In this document: positions 26,112 through 38,261 of the stretch, in pieces
Layout: each line of letters begins with the position of its first letter
Position numbering within the stretch: the stretch's first letter is position 1
From: Macrostomum hystrix
Lineage: Eukaryota; Animalia; Platyhelminthes
Assembly (NCBI GenBank): GCA_950097015.1
Contig: CATNEN010000027.1
Coordinates: forward strand, 744,001-808,000
Length of the DNA: 64,000 bases
Direction of reading: 5' to 3'
Notes under the pieces: generated by a model
What the model saw: the letters and a program-made list of their open reading frames with translations, nothing else
The model's database searches: none
Told to the model about the DNA's origin: nothing
Program-made: the position numbers and the translations under genes

Positions 26112-27350
26112 GACTGAGGACCATTTAGAGTGTCGTAGACTGAGGACCATTTAGAGTGTGGTAGAATGAGGACCATTTAGAGTATGGTAGACTGAGGACC
26201 ATTTAGAGTATGGTAGAATGAGGACCATTTAGAGTATGGTAGACTGAGGACCATTTAGAGTATGGTAGACTGAGGACCATTTAGAGTGTCGTAGAATGAG
26301 GACCATTTAGAGTGTCGTAGACTGAGGACCATTTAGAGTGTGGTAGAATGAGGACCATTTAGAGTGTGGTAGAATGAGGACCATTTAGAGTGTGGTAGAC
26401 TGAGGACCATTTAGAGTGTGGTAGACTGAGGACCATTTAGAGTATGGTAGAATGAGGACCATTTAGAGTGTGGTAGACTGAGGACCATTTAGAGTGTCGT
26501 AGACTGAGGACCATTTAGAGTGTGGTAGAATGAGGACCATTTAGAGTGTCGTAGACTGAGGACCATTTAGAGTATGGTAGACTGAGGACCATTTAGAGTG
26601 TGGTAAACTGAGGACCATTTAGAGTGTGGTAGAATGAGGACCATTTAGAGTGTGGTACGCTGAGGACCATAGAGTATGGTAGAATGAGGACCATTTAGAG
26701 TGTGGTAGAATGAGGACCATTTAGAGTGTGGTAGACTGAGGACCATTTAGAGTGTGGTACGCTGAGGACCATAGAGTATGGTAGACTGAGGACCATAGAG
26801 TATGGTAGACTGAGGACCATTTAGAGTGTGGTAAACTGAGGACCATTTAGAGTGTGGTAGACTGAGGACCATTTAGAGTGTGGTAGAATGAGGACCATTT
26901 AGAGTGTGGTACGCTGAGGACCATAGAGTATGGTAGACTGAGGACCATAGAGTATGGTAGACTGAGGACCATTAAGAGTGTCGTAGACTGAGGACCATTT
27001 AGAGTGTGGTAGAATGAGGACCATTTAGAGTGTGGTAGAATGAGGACCATTTAGAGTGTGGTAGAATGAGGACCATTTAGAGTGTGGTAGAATGAGGACC
27101 ATTTAGAGTGTGGTAGAATGAGGACCATTTAGAGTGTGGTAGACTGAGGACCATTTAGAGTGTGGTAGACTGAGGACCATTTAGAGTGTGGTAGAATGAG
27201 GACCATTCAGAGTGTGGTACGCTGAGGACCATAGAGTATGGTAGACTGAGGACCATAGAGTATGGTAGACTGAAGACCATAGATGAGGACCACAGAGTAT
27301 GGTAGACTGAGGAACATAGAGTGTGGCAGACTGAGGATCACAGAGTATAA
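26112..27350. repeat. 26-bp minisatellite (GAGGACCATTTAGAGTGTGGTAGACT)n with a 24-bp variant
   Basis: Direct reading. Confidence 0.95.
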
Positions 27351-27406
27351 TAAACTGCAGAGCTATTAGTTCAGCATCACAAGTATTGCAAGAACTGCAA
27401 GCTCAC

Positions 27407-27511
27407 CTTTTCCATCTTGATGCAAATTGGTGGAGCCAAAGTTGCCAACGCAGGTGCCGTTGACTATGTAGCAGGTCTGCCACAGGCCGGACCGAACCCA
27501 GGTGCCGTTGC
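27407..27511 (-). CDS. PMP22/claudin-superfamily protein, module A exon 2 (ECL1)
   Basis: AAGCAG|GNGTWVRSGLWQTCYIVNGTCVGNFGSTNLHQDGK|GTGAGC; claudin-family GLW-x2-C...C signature; phase 1 at both ends. Confidence 0.88.
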
Positions 27512-27699
27512 CTGCTTGAAATGAACGGTTTACCTAACTACACTACTTTTCATCATCGGGTAGTAAAGGACGTACACATTACTTACTTTTTTAAATACAT
27601 TTTGTTGAAGAATTTCAACTGAACATGTAAAAAATGTCATGATTTTCTGTCTCATTTATTACAGCAACTTATTATCGATTCCACATCAATTGGTACATA

Positions 27700-29155
27700 T
27701 TCTTATCGATTTCTCATCGATTGCGACATATTCTCATCGATTTCTCATCGATTGCGACATATTCTCATCGATTTCTCATCGATTGGTACATATTCTCATA
27801 GATTTCTCATCGATTGGTACATATTCTCATAGATTTCTCATCGATTGGTACATATTCTCATCGATTTCTCATCGATTGCGACATATTCTCATCGATTTCT
27901 CATCGATTGCGACATATTCTCATCGATTTCTCATCGATTAGTACATATTCTTATCGATTTCTCATCGATTGCGACATATTCTCATCGATTTCTCATCGAT
28001 TGGTACATATTCTCATCGATGGTACACATTCTCATCGATGGTACACATTCTCATCGATGGGTACACATTCTCATCGATGGTACACATTCTCATCGATGGG
28101 TACAGATTCTCATCGATGGGTACAGATTCTCATCGATTGTATACATTCTCATCGATGGGTACACATTCTCATCGATGGTACACATTCTCATCGATGGGTA
28201 CAGATTCTCATCGATGGTACACATTCTCATCGATGGGTACACATTCACATCGATTTTACACATTCTCATCGATGGGTACAGATTCTCATCGATGGTACAC
28301 ATTCTCATCGATGGGTACAGATTCTCATCGATGGTACACATTCTCATCGATGGGTACAGATTCTCATCGATGGTACACATTCTCATCGATGGGTACAGAT
28401 TCTCATCGATGGGTACAGATTCTCATCGATGGTACACATTCTCATCGATGGGTACAGATTCTCATCGATGGTACACATTCTCATCGATGGTACACATTCT
28501 CATCGATGGGTACACATTCTCATCGATGGTACACATTCTCATCGATAGTACACATTCTCATCGATGGGTACAGATTCTCATCGATGGTACACATTCTCAT
28601 CGATGGGTACAGATTCTCATCGATGGTACACATTCTCATCGATGGGTACAGATTCTCATCGATGGTACACATTCTCATCGATGGGTACAGATTCTCATCG
28701 ATGGGTACAGATTCTCATCGATGGTACACATTCTCATCGATGGGTACAGATTCTCATCGATGGTACACATTCTCATCGATGGTACACATTCTCATCGATG
28801 GGTACACATTCTCATCGATGGTACACATTCTCATCGATAGTACACATTCTCATCGATGGTACACATTCTCATCGATGGGTACAGATTCTCATCGATGGTA
28901 CACATTCTCATCGATAGTACACATTCTCATCGATGGGTACACATTCTCATCGATGGGTACAGATTCTCATCGATGGGTACAGATTCTCATCGATGGGTAC
29001 ACATTCTCATCGATAGTACACATTCTCATCGATGGGTACACATTCTCATCGATGGGTACAGATTCTCATCGATGGGTACAGATTCTCATCGATGGGTACA
29101 CATTCTCATCGATTTGTCATCGATGGGTACACATTCTCATCGATTTGTCATCGAT
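27700..29155. repeat. 19/20-bp minisatellite (GGTACACATTCTCATCGAT)n
   Basis: Direct reading; an ATCGAT palindrome in each unit. Confidence 0.95.
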
Positions 29156-29299
29156 CGCTTTATATTCGCAATGCTTCCTGTGTAAAAATATCTCAAAAAA
29201 GTTTCTTTACGAAACGAACAACAGTCAGTTTTTTTAAATTCCCCATTGCACTCGGATGCACTTTCATCAGTCTGCAGTCGTTACACTGAAATCCTTCAC

Positions 29300-29450
29300 T
29301 TGAAACCTTGTTCTTAAGTGCAATTAGTGACATAGACGCTGACCCAACAACCTCCCCCACCGCTTTGGGAAGGCCTCCCGCAGGGATTCGAACCGCCACT
29401 TCACCCTGCAGCCAGACCCACACCCTAGGCTGAAGCAGAGTTGCTGTCCT
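29300..29450 (-). mobile_element. Possible tRNA-derived (Pol III) repeat fragment
   Basis: Perfect B box GGTTCGAATCCC on the - strand at 29383-29394; no convincing A box or cloverleaf. Confidence 0.25.
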
Positions 29451-29834
29451 CATCGAGTTTCTATTCCTTGAGCTTCCACTTCTCTCCAGCTCCTCTAGAA
29501 AATTCTTTTTTTATAGAAAACTTTTTTTCTGCTGCTCAAAAGTTGCCAGACAGAAATTGAGACGAGAAACGGGATCCGTTTGGTAGGACCTGGCAAGGGA
29601 TTTTTTTAGCATGTAATAAAATAGTAGTGGATATTTCGTATTTTTTTATGAAGGGCCGAATTCTCCAAACACTTCAACTGAATTCGAATGAACATTGAAT
29701 TTTAAAGCAATTTTGCCCTTAGTCTCTGAATTATTCACCCCACTTCCAAAAATACCGCTGCGTTTTCTTATTATCAAATTTATTCAAAATATTACGCTAC
29801 GGCCTCAAATTATCACCCCACAGCTTCATTAAAA

Positions 29835-29995
29835 TACCCCAGAAAGTTTCCCAATTATCCCCTAAAGTTTCCCAATTATCCAATAAAGTTTCCCAATTAT
29901 CCCAAAGGGTTTCCCAATTATCCCATAAAGTTTCCCAATTATCCCATAAAGTTTCCCACTTATCCCATAAAGGGAGACTTAATTATCCCTACAGT
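29835..29995. repeat. 21-bp minisatellite (TCCCATAAAGTTTCCCAATTA)n
   Basis: Direct reading. Confidence 0.85.
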
Positions 29996-30122
29996 TTCGG
30001 GGCATTTAAAAAAATTGCAACCGTTAAAAATTATCGAAAATTATTTTAAAATCCCTTCAGCTGTGCTCATATTCCCCAGTTACAAAGTTATCCCATAAGT
30101 TGCTGAGCGATCTCCAACTCAC

Positions 30123-31044
30123 CAAACGAGTGATGCGACCAGGAAGCGGTGGACAGGCACACCAGCAGGCAGGGCACGGCAAGGCCGGACATCACGGCGG
30201 CCGCCGTGCGGCTTCGAACGAATGTCGGATGCTCCCAGTAGGCCCGAAGCCGGTTCCACTGGCTGCGGCTCAGCTCCTGAGCCAGGCTGCCAGCGAAGCT
30301 CACCTTCGACCTGCGACCGCCGACCACGCCGACGCCGCCGCTTAAGCCGACGCTTGGGGCGCCGGCGGCCCGGCTTCGTCGCTGCTGATGCTGCTGGCGC
30401 AGGTGCAGCCGCTGACGCTCCGGCGCTAGAAGGCCCGCGCATTCTTGGCGCGCCTTCAGGATCGGTGTCGACAAGCGCGCTTCCGCCTGCTCTGCGGCCT
30501 CCTCTTCTACGGCCACCGCCGCCTCCTCTTCGGCTGCGGCATCCGCCACCGCCGCCGCTGCTGCCGCCGCCGCAGCCGCCGCCGCGTCAGCTGTTGAAGA
30601 GCACGAATCGTCGCGGGATGAATCCGGCTTCAGCCGCACCTGCCGCACCCGACGCTGCTGCAGGGAGACTCGTCTGTCACGTGACCACCGCGACCAGGCT
30701 GACGAACTGCTTGCGGCGGCCGCTTCAGCTGGCGACCTCAGCTGCAGAGTCGACGGCCGGCCGCTGGGAGACAACGGCGGCTGCTGCAGCGGCTGGGCCT
30801 CCTCGACGGAGGCTCCGCGTATCGGCGAAGTTGACGGCGAGATTTCTAGGCTACTGCCCAGGCCTGTGTCGCCACTGCTCTGCTGCCACGGTTGAGCCGC
30901 AGTGGAAACAGCCGACGACGCATCCGCTGTGGTACCGTGGACACCGACGTCACCGTAGCCGCTGCGCGCTCTGAATCGGCACTGCCGGGTTCGGGCCACT
31001 GACGCCTGGGGCACGCCTAGCAGGCCGGCCGATTCTTCAGCCAT
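30123..31044 (-). CDS. PMP22/claudin-superfamily protein, variable module A exon 1 (long low-complexity N-terminus plus TM1)
   Basis: 307 codons ending in TM1 TAAAVMSGLAVPCLLVCLSTASW at a phase-1 donor G|GTGAGT. Isoform A join(31044..30123,27511..27407,19895..19746,19429..19182) = 474 aa. Confidence 0.8.
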
Positions 31045-31134
31045 CGGATCTTCATGGTGACGAAAAATTTTGAGACAAATTAGTTCATTGTGAGTAAACC
31101 CTCACACTGAGAGTTGGACTCAGAGACATTTGCA

Positions 31135-31400
31135 GTGAGGGAGTGACTGAGTGACTGAGTGACAGAGTGACAGATTGAGGGAGTGACTGAGCGAGTAAGA
31201 GAGAGACGGAGTGACAGAGAGACGGAGAGGCTGAGTGACAGTGAGGGAGTGACGGAGTGACAGAGAGAGAGTGACGGAGTGAGAGTGAGGGAGTGACGGA
31301 GTGACAGAGAGAGAGTGACGGAGTGAGAGTGAGGGAGTGACGGAGTGACAGAGAGAGAGTGACGGAGTGACAGTGAGGGAGTGACGCAGTGACAGAGTGA
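31135..31400. repeat. GA-rich degenerate repeat (GAGTGAC-based)
   Basis: Direct reading. Confidence 0.8.
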
Positions 31401-31724
31401 CGGAATTCTTTAGACTAGGGAATACTGCTTGGACCGCACAAGTGTGATTGGGGTCATCATGCAATGCATCTGCTGCCTGGTAGAATGGTCCACTAGCTAT
31501 TCTCATCTTCTTGTCACAAGCATATTCCTGGAGTGGAAATCTGTCTGGGTGTGTCACGGTGAATGCTCAACAGCGATCAATATTCTGTTAAAGAAATAAA
31601 GATAAAATTCTCGCTTTTTTTACAAAGCTCTCTAACGATTCAAGAGTTACAGGCCGATTTAACCAGGGATAAATGACACAATAGACGTGCTTTTCTTCTT
31701 TGCGATCGAAGCAGGAATATGGAG

Positions 31725-31760
31725 ATAGACAGATAGATATATAGATAGATAGATAGATAT

Positions 31761-31816
<56 letters not shown>

Positions 31817-31830
31817 ATAGATAAATAGAT
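31725..31830. repeat. (GATA)n microsatellite
   Basis: Direct reading. Confidence 0.92.
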
Positions 31831-32106
31831 CTGTAGTGGGACGTCAGGCCACAGGCTTCTCTTGATCACTCAGAGACAGGGAGATGAAGGAGTGGCTCGA
31901 GGCTCCAGATTAAAAAGTGACGGGAAAGAACGGCGGAACCCAGCAGCATAAATCATTTCAGCGGACAGCACAGATCCCAGCTTTTGCTTGGAAATCCTCA
32001 GCACTTATCTGGGATCTGAGATTCGTTTCTAGCCGAGCCACATTTTAGGAGAACCATTAGTTGCACGAATGAGTTCTCATCTCAGCGGTTGGAGATGCGA
32101 GAACTC

Positions 32107-33297
32107 CGTTCTGTTCTGTTCTGTTCTGTTCTGTTCTGTTCTGTTCTGTTCTGTTCTGTTCTGTTCTGTTCTGTTCTGTTCTGTTCTGTTCTGTTCTGTT
32201 CTGTTCTGTTCTGCTCTGTTCTGTTCTGCTCTGTTCTGCTCTGTTCTGTTCTGCTCTGCTCTTCTGTTCTGTTCTGTTCTGTTCTGTTCTGCTCTGTTCT
32301 GTTCTGCTCTGCTCTGTTCTGTTCTGTTCTGCTCTGTTCTGTTCTGTTCTGTTCTGTCCTGTTCTGTTCTGCTCTGTTCTGTTCTGTTCTGCTCTGTTCT
32401 GTTCTGTTCTGCTCTGTTCTGTTCTGTTCTGTCCTGTTCTGTTCTGCTCTGCTCTGTTCTGTTCTGTTCTGTTCTGTTCTGTTCTGTTCTGTTCTGTTCT
32501 GTTCTGTTCTGTTCTGTTCTGTTCTGTTCTGTTCTGTTCTGTTCTGTTCTGTTCTGTTCTGTTCTGTTCTGTTCTGTTCTGTTCTGTTCTGTTCTGCTCT
32601 GCTCTGTTCTGTTCTGTTCTGTTCTGTTCTGTTCTGTTCTGCTCTGTTCTGTTCTGCTCTGTTCTGCTCTGTTCTGTTCTGCTCTGCTCTTCTGTTCTGT
32701 TCTGTTCTGTTCTGTTCTGCTCTGTTCTGTTCTGCTCTGCTCTGTTCTGTTCTGTTCTGCTCTGTTCTGTTCTGTTCTGTTCTGTCCTGTTCTGTTCTGC
32801 TCTGTTCTGTTCTGTTCTGCTCTGTTCTGTTCTGTTCTGCTCTGTTCTGTTCTGTTCTGTCCTGTTCTGTTCTGCTCTGCTCTGTTCTGTTCTGTTCTGT
32901 TCTGTTCTGTTCTGTTCTGTTCTGCTCTGTTCTGTTCTGTTCTGTTCTGCTCTGTTCTGTTCTGTTCTGTTCTGTTCTGTTCTGTTCTGTCCTGTTCTGT
33001 TCTGCTCTGTTCTGTTCTGCTCTGCTCTGTTCTGCTCTGCTCTGTTCTGTTCTGTTCTGTTCTGCTCTGTTCTGTTCTGTTCTGTTCTGTTCTGTTCTGT
33101 CCTGTTCTGTTCTGCTCTGTTCTGCTCTGTTCTGTTCTGTTCTGTTCTGTTCTGTTCTGTTCTGTTCTGTTCTGTTCTGTCCTGTTCTGTTCTGCTCTGT
33201 TCTGTTCTGTTCTGTTCTGTTCTGTTCTGCTCTGTTCTGTTCTGTTCTGTTCTGTTCTGTTCTGTTCTGTTCTGTTCTGTTCTGTTCTGTTCTGTTC
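32107..33297. repeat. (TTCTG)n pentanucleotide array, copy 2
   Basis: Direct reading; same orientation as copy 1. Confidence 0.97.
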
Positions 33298-34047
33298 TTT
33301 TCTGTCACCTCGGTTTCATGAAAAATAATTACATTTACTAATTATCTGCCCTTGTCCATTTTGCAATGAATATTTTATGAAATCAATAGTTAAAAATATT
33401 AGTGAGAGATTCTTCAATTTTGAAATTTCGGTGCATTCCAAGCTCCAAAAGAGAGGCTATTTTTAGAAGCCCATATTGATGCAGCTCCTCCGTTTCCCCA
33501 GCCTCCAGCTGTCGTGTCTCATGCCATCATCCTTAGAGTGTGATGTGACACAGCCGCGCCGAGAAATGCAGATTGAAAACCTCCATGGTGCGTGGCAGCG
33601 TGACGTGAGGCAATTTTCTGTTTTTTCTGTTTATTTTCTTAAATGACGCCACTCCAGGCTCCCCTTCTCTCTTCCCTGTTCCTGACAGAACAGCTAGCAG
33701 CAGAACACTTTTGTCTCTTAAGAATGCTGCCTGAATTTTGAGAGCTCAGCCGCCTTCTGTGCCTAGAATTGCAACATTCCACCGTCATTCACCGTCTTAT
33801 CGACCTGTCCCATTCAGTTCACTGCCAGCCCGCCTTTGCGAAACAGCCCGCAAGTTTCCGATGACAGCCTCAACCAACTTGATGAATGGACGGGCGCTAC
33901 TGGCTTAAACTCCATATTGCTCTCACCATAGCAGAACAGCGCCACTTTCGCTGCTTGAACTCAAACTGTCTGCTCAACTTTATTCCACCTTCTCTGTACT
34001 GTGCGTGCGCTCTCTCAATATATTCAGCTGTTTCTCCTTTCATTTAT

Positions 34048-37000
34048 CAGTCTCCCTCAGTCTCCTCAGTCTCCCTCAGTCTCCCTCAGTCTCTCTCAGT
34101 CTCCCTCACTCTCAGTCTCTCTCAGTCTCTCTCATGCGTCCCTCAGTCTCCCTCAGTCTCCCTCAGTCTCTCAGTCTCCCTCAGTCTCCCTCAGTCTCTC
34201 TCAGTCTCTCTCAGTCTCCCTCAGTCTCTCTCAGTCTCCCTCAGTCTCCCTCAGTCTCTCTCAGTCTCTCTCAGTCTCCCTCAGTCTCCCTCAGTCTCCC
34301 TCAGTCTCTCTCAGTCTCCCTCACTCTCAGTCTCCCTCACTCTCAGTCTCCCTCACTCTCAGTCTCCCTCACTCTCAGTCTCTCTTAATCTCTCTCAGTT
34401 TCTCTCAGTCTCCCCCAGTCTCTCTCAGTCTCTCTCAGTTTCTCTCAGTCTCCCTCAGTCTCTCTTAATCTCTCTCAGTCTCTCTCAGTCTCTCTCAGTC
34501 TCCCTCAGTCTCCCTCAGTCTCTCTCAGTCTCCCCCAGTCTCTCTCAGTCTCCCTCAGTCTCTCTTAATCTCTCTCAGTCTCTCTCAGTTTCTCTCAGTC
34601 TCCCTTAATCTCTCTCAGTCTCTCTCAGTCTCTCTCAGTTTCTCTCAGTCTCCCCCAGTCTCTCTCAGTCTCTCTCAGTTTCTCTCAGTCTCCCTCAGTC
34701 TCTCTTAATCTCTCTCAGTCTCTCAGTCTCTCTCAGTCTCTCTCAGTCTCTCTCAGTCTCCCTCAGTCTCCCTCAGTCTCCCTCAGTCTCCCTCAGTCTC
34801 CCTCAGTCTCTCTTAATCTCTCTCAGTCTCTCTCAGTTTCTCTCAGTCTCTCTCAGTCTCTCTTAATCTCTCTCAGTTTCTCTCAGTCTCTCTCAGTCTC
34901 TCTCAGTCTCTCTCAGTCTCTCTCAGTCTCCCCCAGTCTCTCTCAGTCTCTCTCAGTCTCTCTTAATCTCTCTCAGTCTCTCTCAGTCTCTCCCAGTCTC
35001 CCTCAGTCTCCCTCAGTCTCTCTCAGTCTCTCTCAGTCTCTCTCAGTCTCTCTCAGTCTCTCTCAGTCTCCCCCAGTCTCTCTCAGTCTCCCTCAGTCTC
35101 TCTTAATCTCTCTCAGTCTCTCTCAGTTTCTCTCAGTCTCCCTTAATCTCTCTCAGTCTCTCTCAGTCTCTCTCAGTTTCTCTCAGTCTCCCCCAGTCTC
35201 CCTCAGTCTCTCTCAGTCTCTCTCAGTCTCTCTCAGTCTCTCAGTCTCTCTCAGTCTCTCTCAGTCTCTCTCAGTCTCCCTCAGTCTCCCTCAGTCTCTC
35301 TCAGTCTCTCTCAGTCTCTCTCAGTCTCTCTCAGTCTCCCTCAGTCTCTCTCAGTCTCTCTCAGTCTCTCCCTCAGTCTCTCTCAGTCTCCCCCAGTCTC
35401 TTAGTCTCTCTCAGTCTCTCTCAGTTTCTCTCAGTCTCCCTCAGTCTCTCTCAGTCTCCCTCAGTCTCCCTCAATCTCTCTCAGTCTCCCTCAAACTCTC
35501 TCAGTCTCTCTCAGTCTCTCTCAGTCTCCCTCAGTCTCTCTCAGTCTCCCTCAGTCTCTCTCAGTCTCTCTCAGTCTCCCCCAGTCTCTTAGTCTCTCTT
35601 GATCTCTCTCAGTCTCTCTCAGTCTCTCTCAGTCTCCCTCAGTCTCCCTCAGTCTCCCTCAGTCTCTCTCAGTCTCCCTCACTCTCAGTCTCCCTCACTC
35701 TCAGTCTCCCTCACTCTCAGTCTCCCTCACTCTCAGTCTCTCTTAATCTCTCTCAGTTTCTCTCAGTCTCCCCCAGTCTCTCTCAGTCTCTCTCAGTTTC
35801 TCTCAGTCTCCCTCAGTCTCTCTTAATCTCTCTCAGTCTCTCTCAGTCTCTCTCAGTCTCCCTCAGTCTCCCTCAGTCTCTCTCAGTCTCCCCCAGTCTC
35901 TCTCAGTCTCCCTCAGTCTCTCTTAATCTCTCTCAGTCTCTCTCAGTTTCTCTCAGTCTCCCTTAATCTCTCTCAGTCTCTCTCAGTCTCTCTCAGTTTC
36001 TCTCAGTCTCCCCCAGTCTCTCTCAGTCTCTCTCAGTTTCTCTCAGTCTCCCTCAGTCTCTCTTAATCTCTCTCAGTCTCTCAGTCTCTCTCAGTCTCTC
36101 TCAGTCTCTCTCAGTCTCCCTCAGTCTCCCTCAGTCTCCCTCAGTCTCCCTCAGTCTCCCTCAGTCTCTCTTAATCTCTCTCAGTCTCTCTCAGTTTCTC
36201 TCAGTCTCTCTCAGTCTCTCTTAATCTCTCTCAGTTTCTCTCAGTCTCTCTCAGTCTCTCTCAGTCTCTCTCAGTCTCTCTCAGTCTCCCCAAGTCTCTC
36301 TCAGTCTCTCTCAGTCTCTCTTAATCTCTCTCAGTCTCTCTCAGTCTCTCCCAGTCTCCCTCAGTCTCCCTCAGTCTCTCTCAATCTCTATCAGTCTCTC
36401 TCAGTCTCTCTCAGTCTCTCTCAGTCTCCCCCAGTCTCTCTCAGTCTCCCTCAGTCTCTCTTAATCTCTCTCAGTCTCTCTCAGTTTCTCTCAGTCTCCC
36501 TTAATCTCTCTCAGTCTCTCTCAGTCTCTCTCAGTTTCTCTCAGTCTCCCCCAGTCTCCCTCAGTCTCTCTCAGTCTCTCTCAGTCTCTCTCAGTCTCTC
36601 AGTCTCTCTCAGTCTCTCTCAGTCTCTCTCAGTCTCCCTCAGTCTCCCTCAGTCTCTCTCAGTCTCTCTCAGTCTCTCTCAGTCTCTCTCAGTCTCCCTC
36701 AGTCTCTCTCAGTCTCTCTCAGTCTCTCCCTCAGTCTCTCTCAGTCTCCCCCAGTCTCTTAGTCTCTCTCAGTCTCTCTCAGTTTCTCTCAGTCTCCCTC
36801 AGTCTCTCTCAGTCTCCCTCAGTCTCCCTCAATCTCTCTCAGTCTCCCTCAAACTCTCTCAGTCTCTCTCAGTCTCTCTCAGTCTCCCTCAGTCTCTCTC
36901 AGTCTCCCTCAGTCTCTCTCAGTCTCTCTCAGTCTCCCCCAGTCTCTTAGTCTCTCTTGATCTCTCTCAGTCTCCCTCAGTCTCCCTCAGTCTCTCTCAG

Positions 37001-37625
37001 TCTCCCTCAATCTCCCTCAGTCTCCCTCAGTCTCCCTCAGTCTCCCTCAGTCTCCCTCAATCTCTCTCAGTCTCCCTCAATCTCTCTCAGTCTCCCTCAG
37101 TCTCTCTCAGTCTCCCTCAGTCTCTCTCAGTCTCTCTCAGTCTCCCTCAGTCTCTCTCAGTCTCTCTCAGTCTCTCTCAGTCTCCCTCAGTCTCTCTCAG
37201 TCTCTCTCAGTCTCTCTCAGTCTCTCAGTCTCCCTCAGTCTCCCTCAGTCTCCCTCAGTCTCTCTCAGTCTCTCTCAGTCTCTCTCAGTCTCTCTCAGTC
37301 TCCCTCAGTCTCTCTCAGTCTCCCTCAGTCTCCCTCAGTCTCTCTCAGTCTCTCTCAGTCTCTCTCAGTCTCTCTCAGTCTCCCTCAGTCTCCCTCAGTC
37401 TCTCTCAGTCTCTCTCAGTCTCTCTCAGTCTCTCTCAGTCTCTCTCAGTCTCTCTCAGTCTCCCTCAGTCTCTCTCAGTCTCTCTCAGTCTCTCTCAGTC
37501 TCCCTCAGTCTCTCTCAGTCTCCCTCAGTCTCCCTCAGTCTCTCTCAGTCTCTCTCAGTCTCTCTCAGTCTCTCAGTCTCCCTCAGTCTCCCTCAGTCTC
37601 CCTTAGTCTCTCTCAGTCTCTCTCT
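34048..37625 (+). repeat. 10-bp minisatellite (TCAGTCTCYC)n containing a 1358-bp internal tandem duplication
   Basis: Direct reading; rare variants recur at a 1358-nt offset. Confidence 0.95.
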
Positions 37626-38261
37626 TTATCTCTCAATCTCTCGAAAACCCCGTGTGTCTCTCAGTTTTAACCTTGTTCTTCTACCCTGTCAGGAAGCTAT
37701 GAGTGAGATCCGGTGCGCTCACCATGATCATCCCAATGTGCTGCTCAGACAGTCAGAGCAATGCCAATTCACCCAGGCACATCAGTTGTCCCAGTGAGTG
37801 AGTGAGTGACATGCCCGTAGCTGCAGGCAGCGCTCATCGCCCAAACATTCTGGGCTCTCAGACAATTCCATATTTTTCGCTTCTTTTTTTAATCCTAAAA
37901 CGCGTAACCCAAAGCCTGCATGAGGCTTGAGACATCCAATTCTGGGCTGGGAGTGCAGAAGTCACACTCTTCATAGCCTCGGGAAACCCTCGCGGCATGC
38001 AAACACATTCAGATTCCTGCTCTGTTTCTGGATTGCTGCACTGCACAGAGTGTTGCACTGGATTTAGGCAAACTGATGAAACAGGCATGCTTGATCAATT
38101 TCAAAGAGGTCTGAGTCTCGAAACTGCATGCCATGCCCATTAAGAAGCTACATATATTTTTGAACCTCTTTTTTAAATGCAAGATTGTTTAAGGGAAACT
38201 TTGAAAGATTAGGAGAGATTTAGAGAGATTTAGAGATATTACAGAGATTTAGAGATATTAC

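Noticed and set aside
24425-33328. 400-aa (CSVLF)n and (QNRTE)n ORFs
   Set aside because: Translations of the (TTCTG)n microsatellites.
37690-38100. Gene inside the spacer between the inverted 10-mer arrays
   Set aside because: Only short ORFs with no recognisable motif or consistent splice phases.
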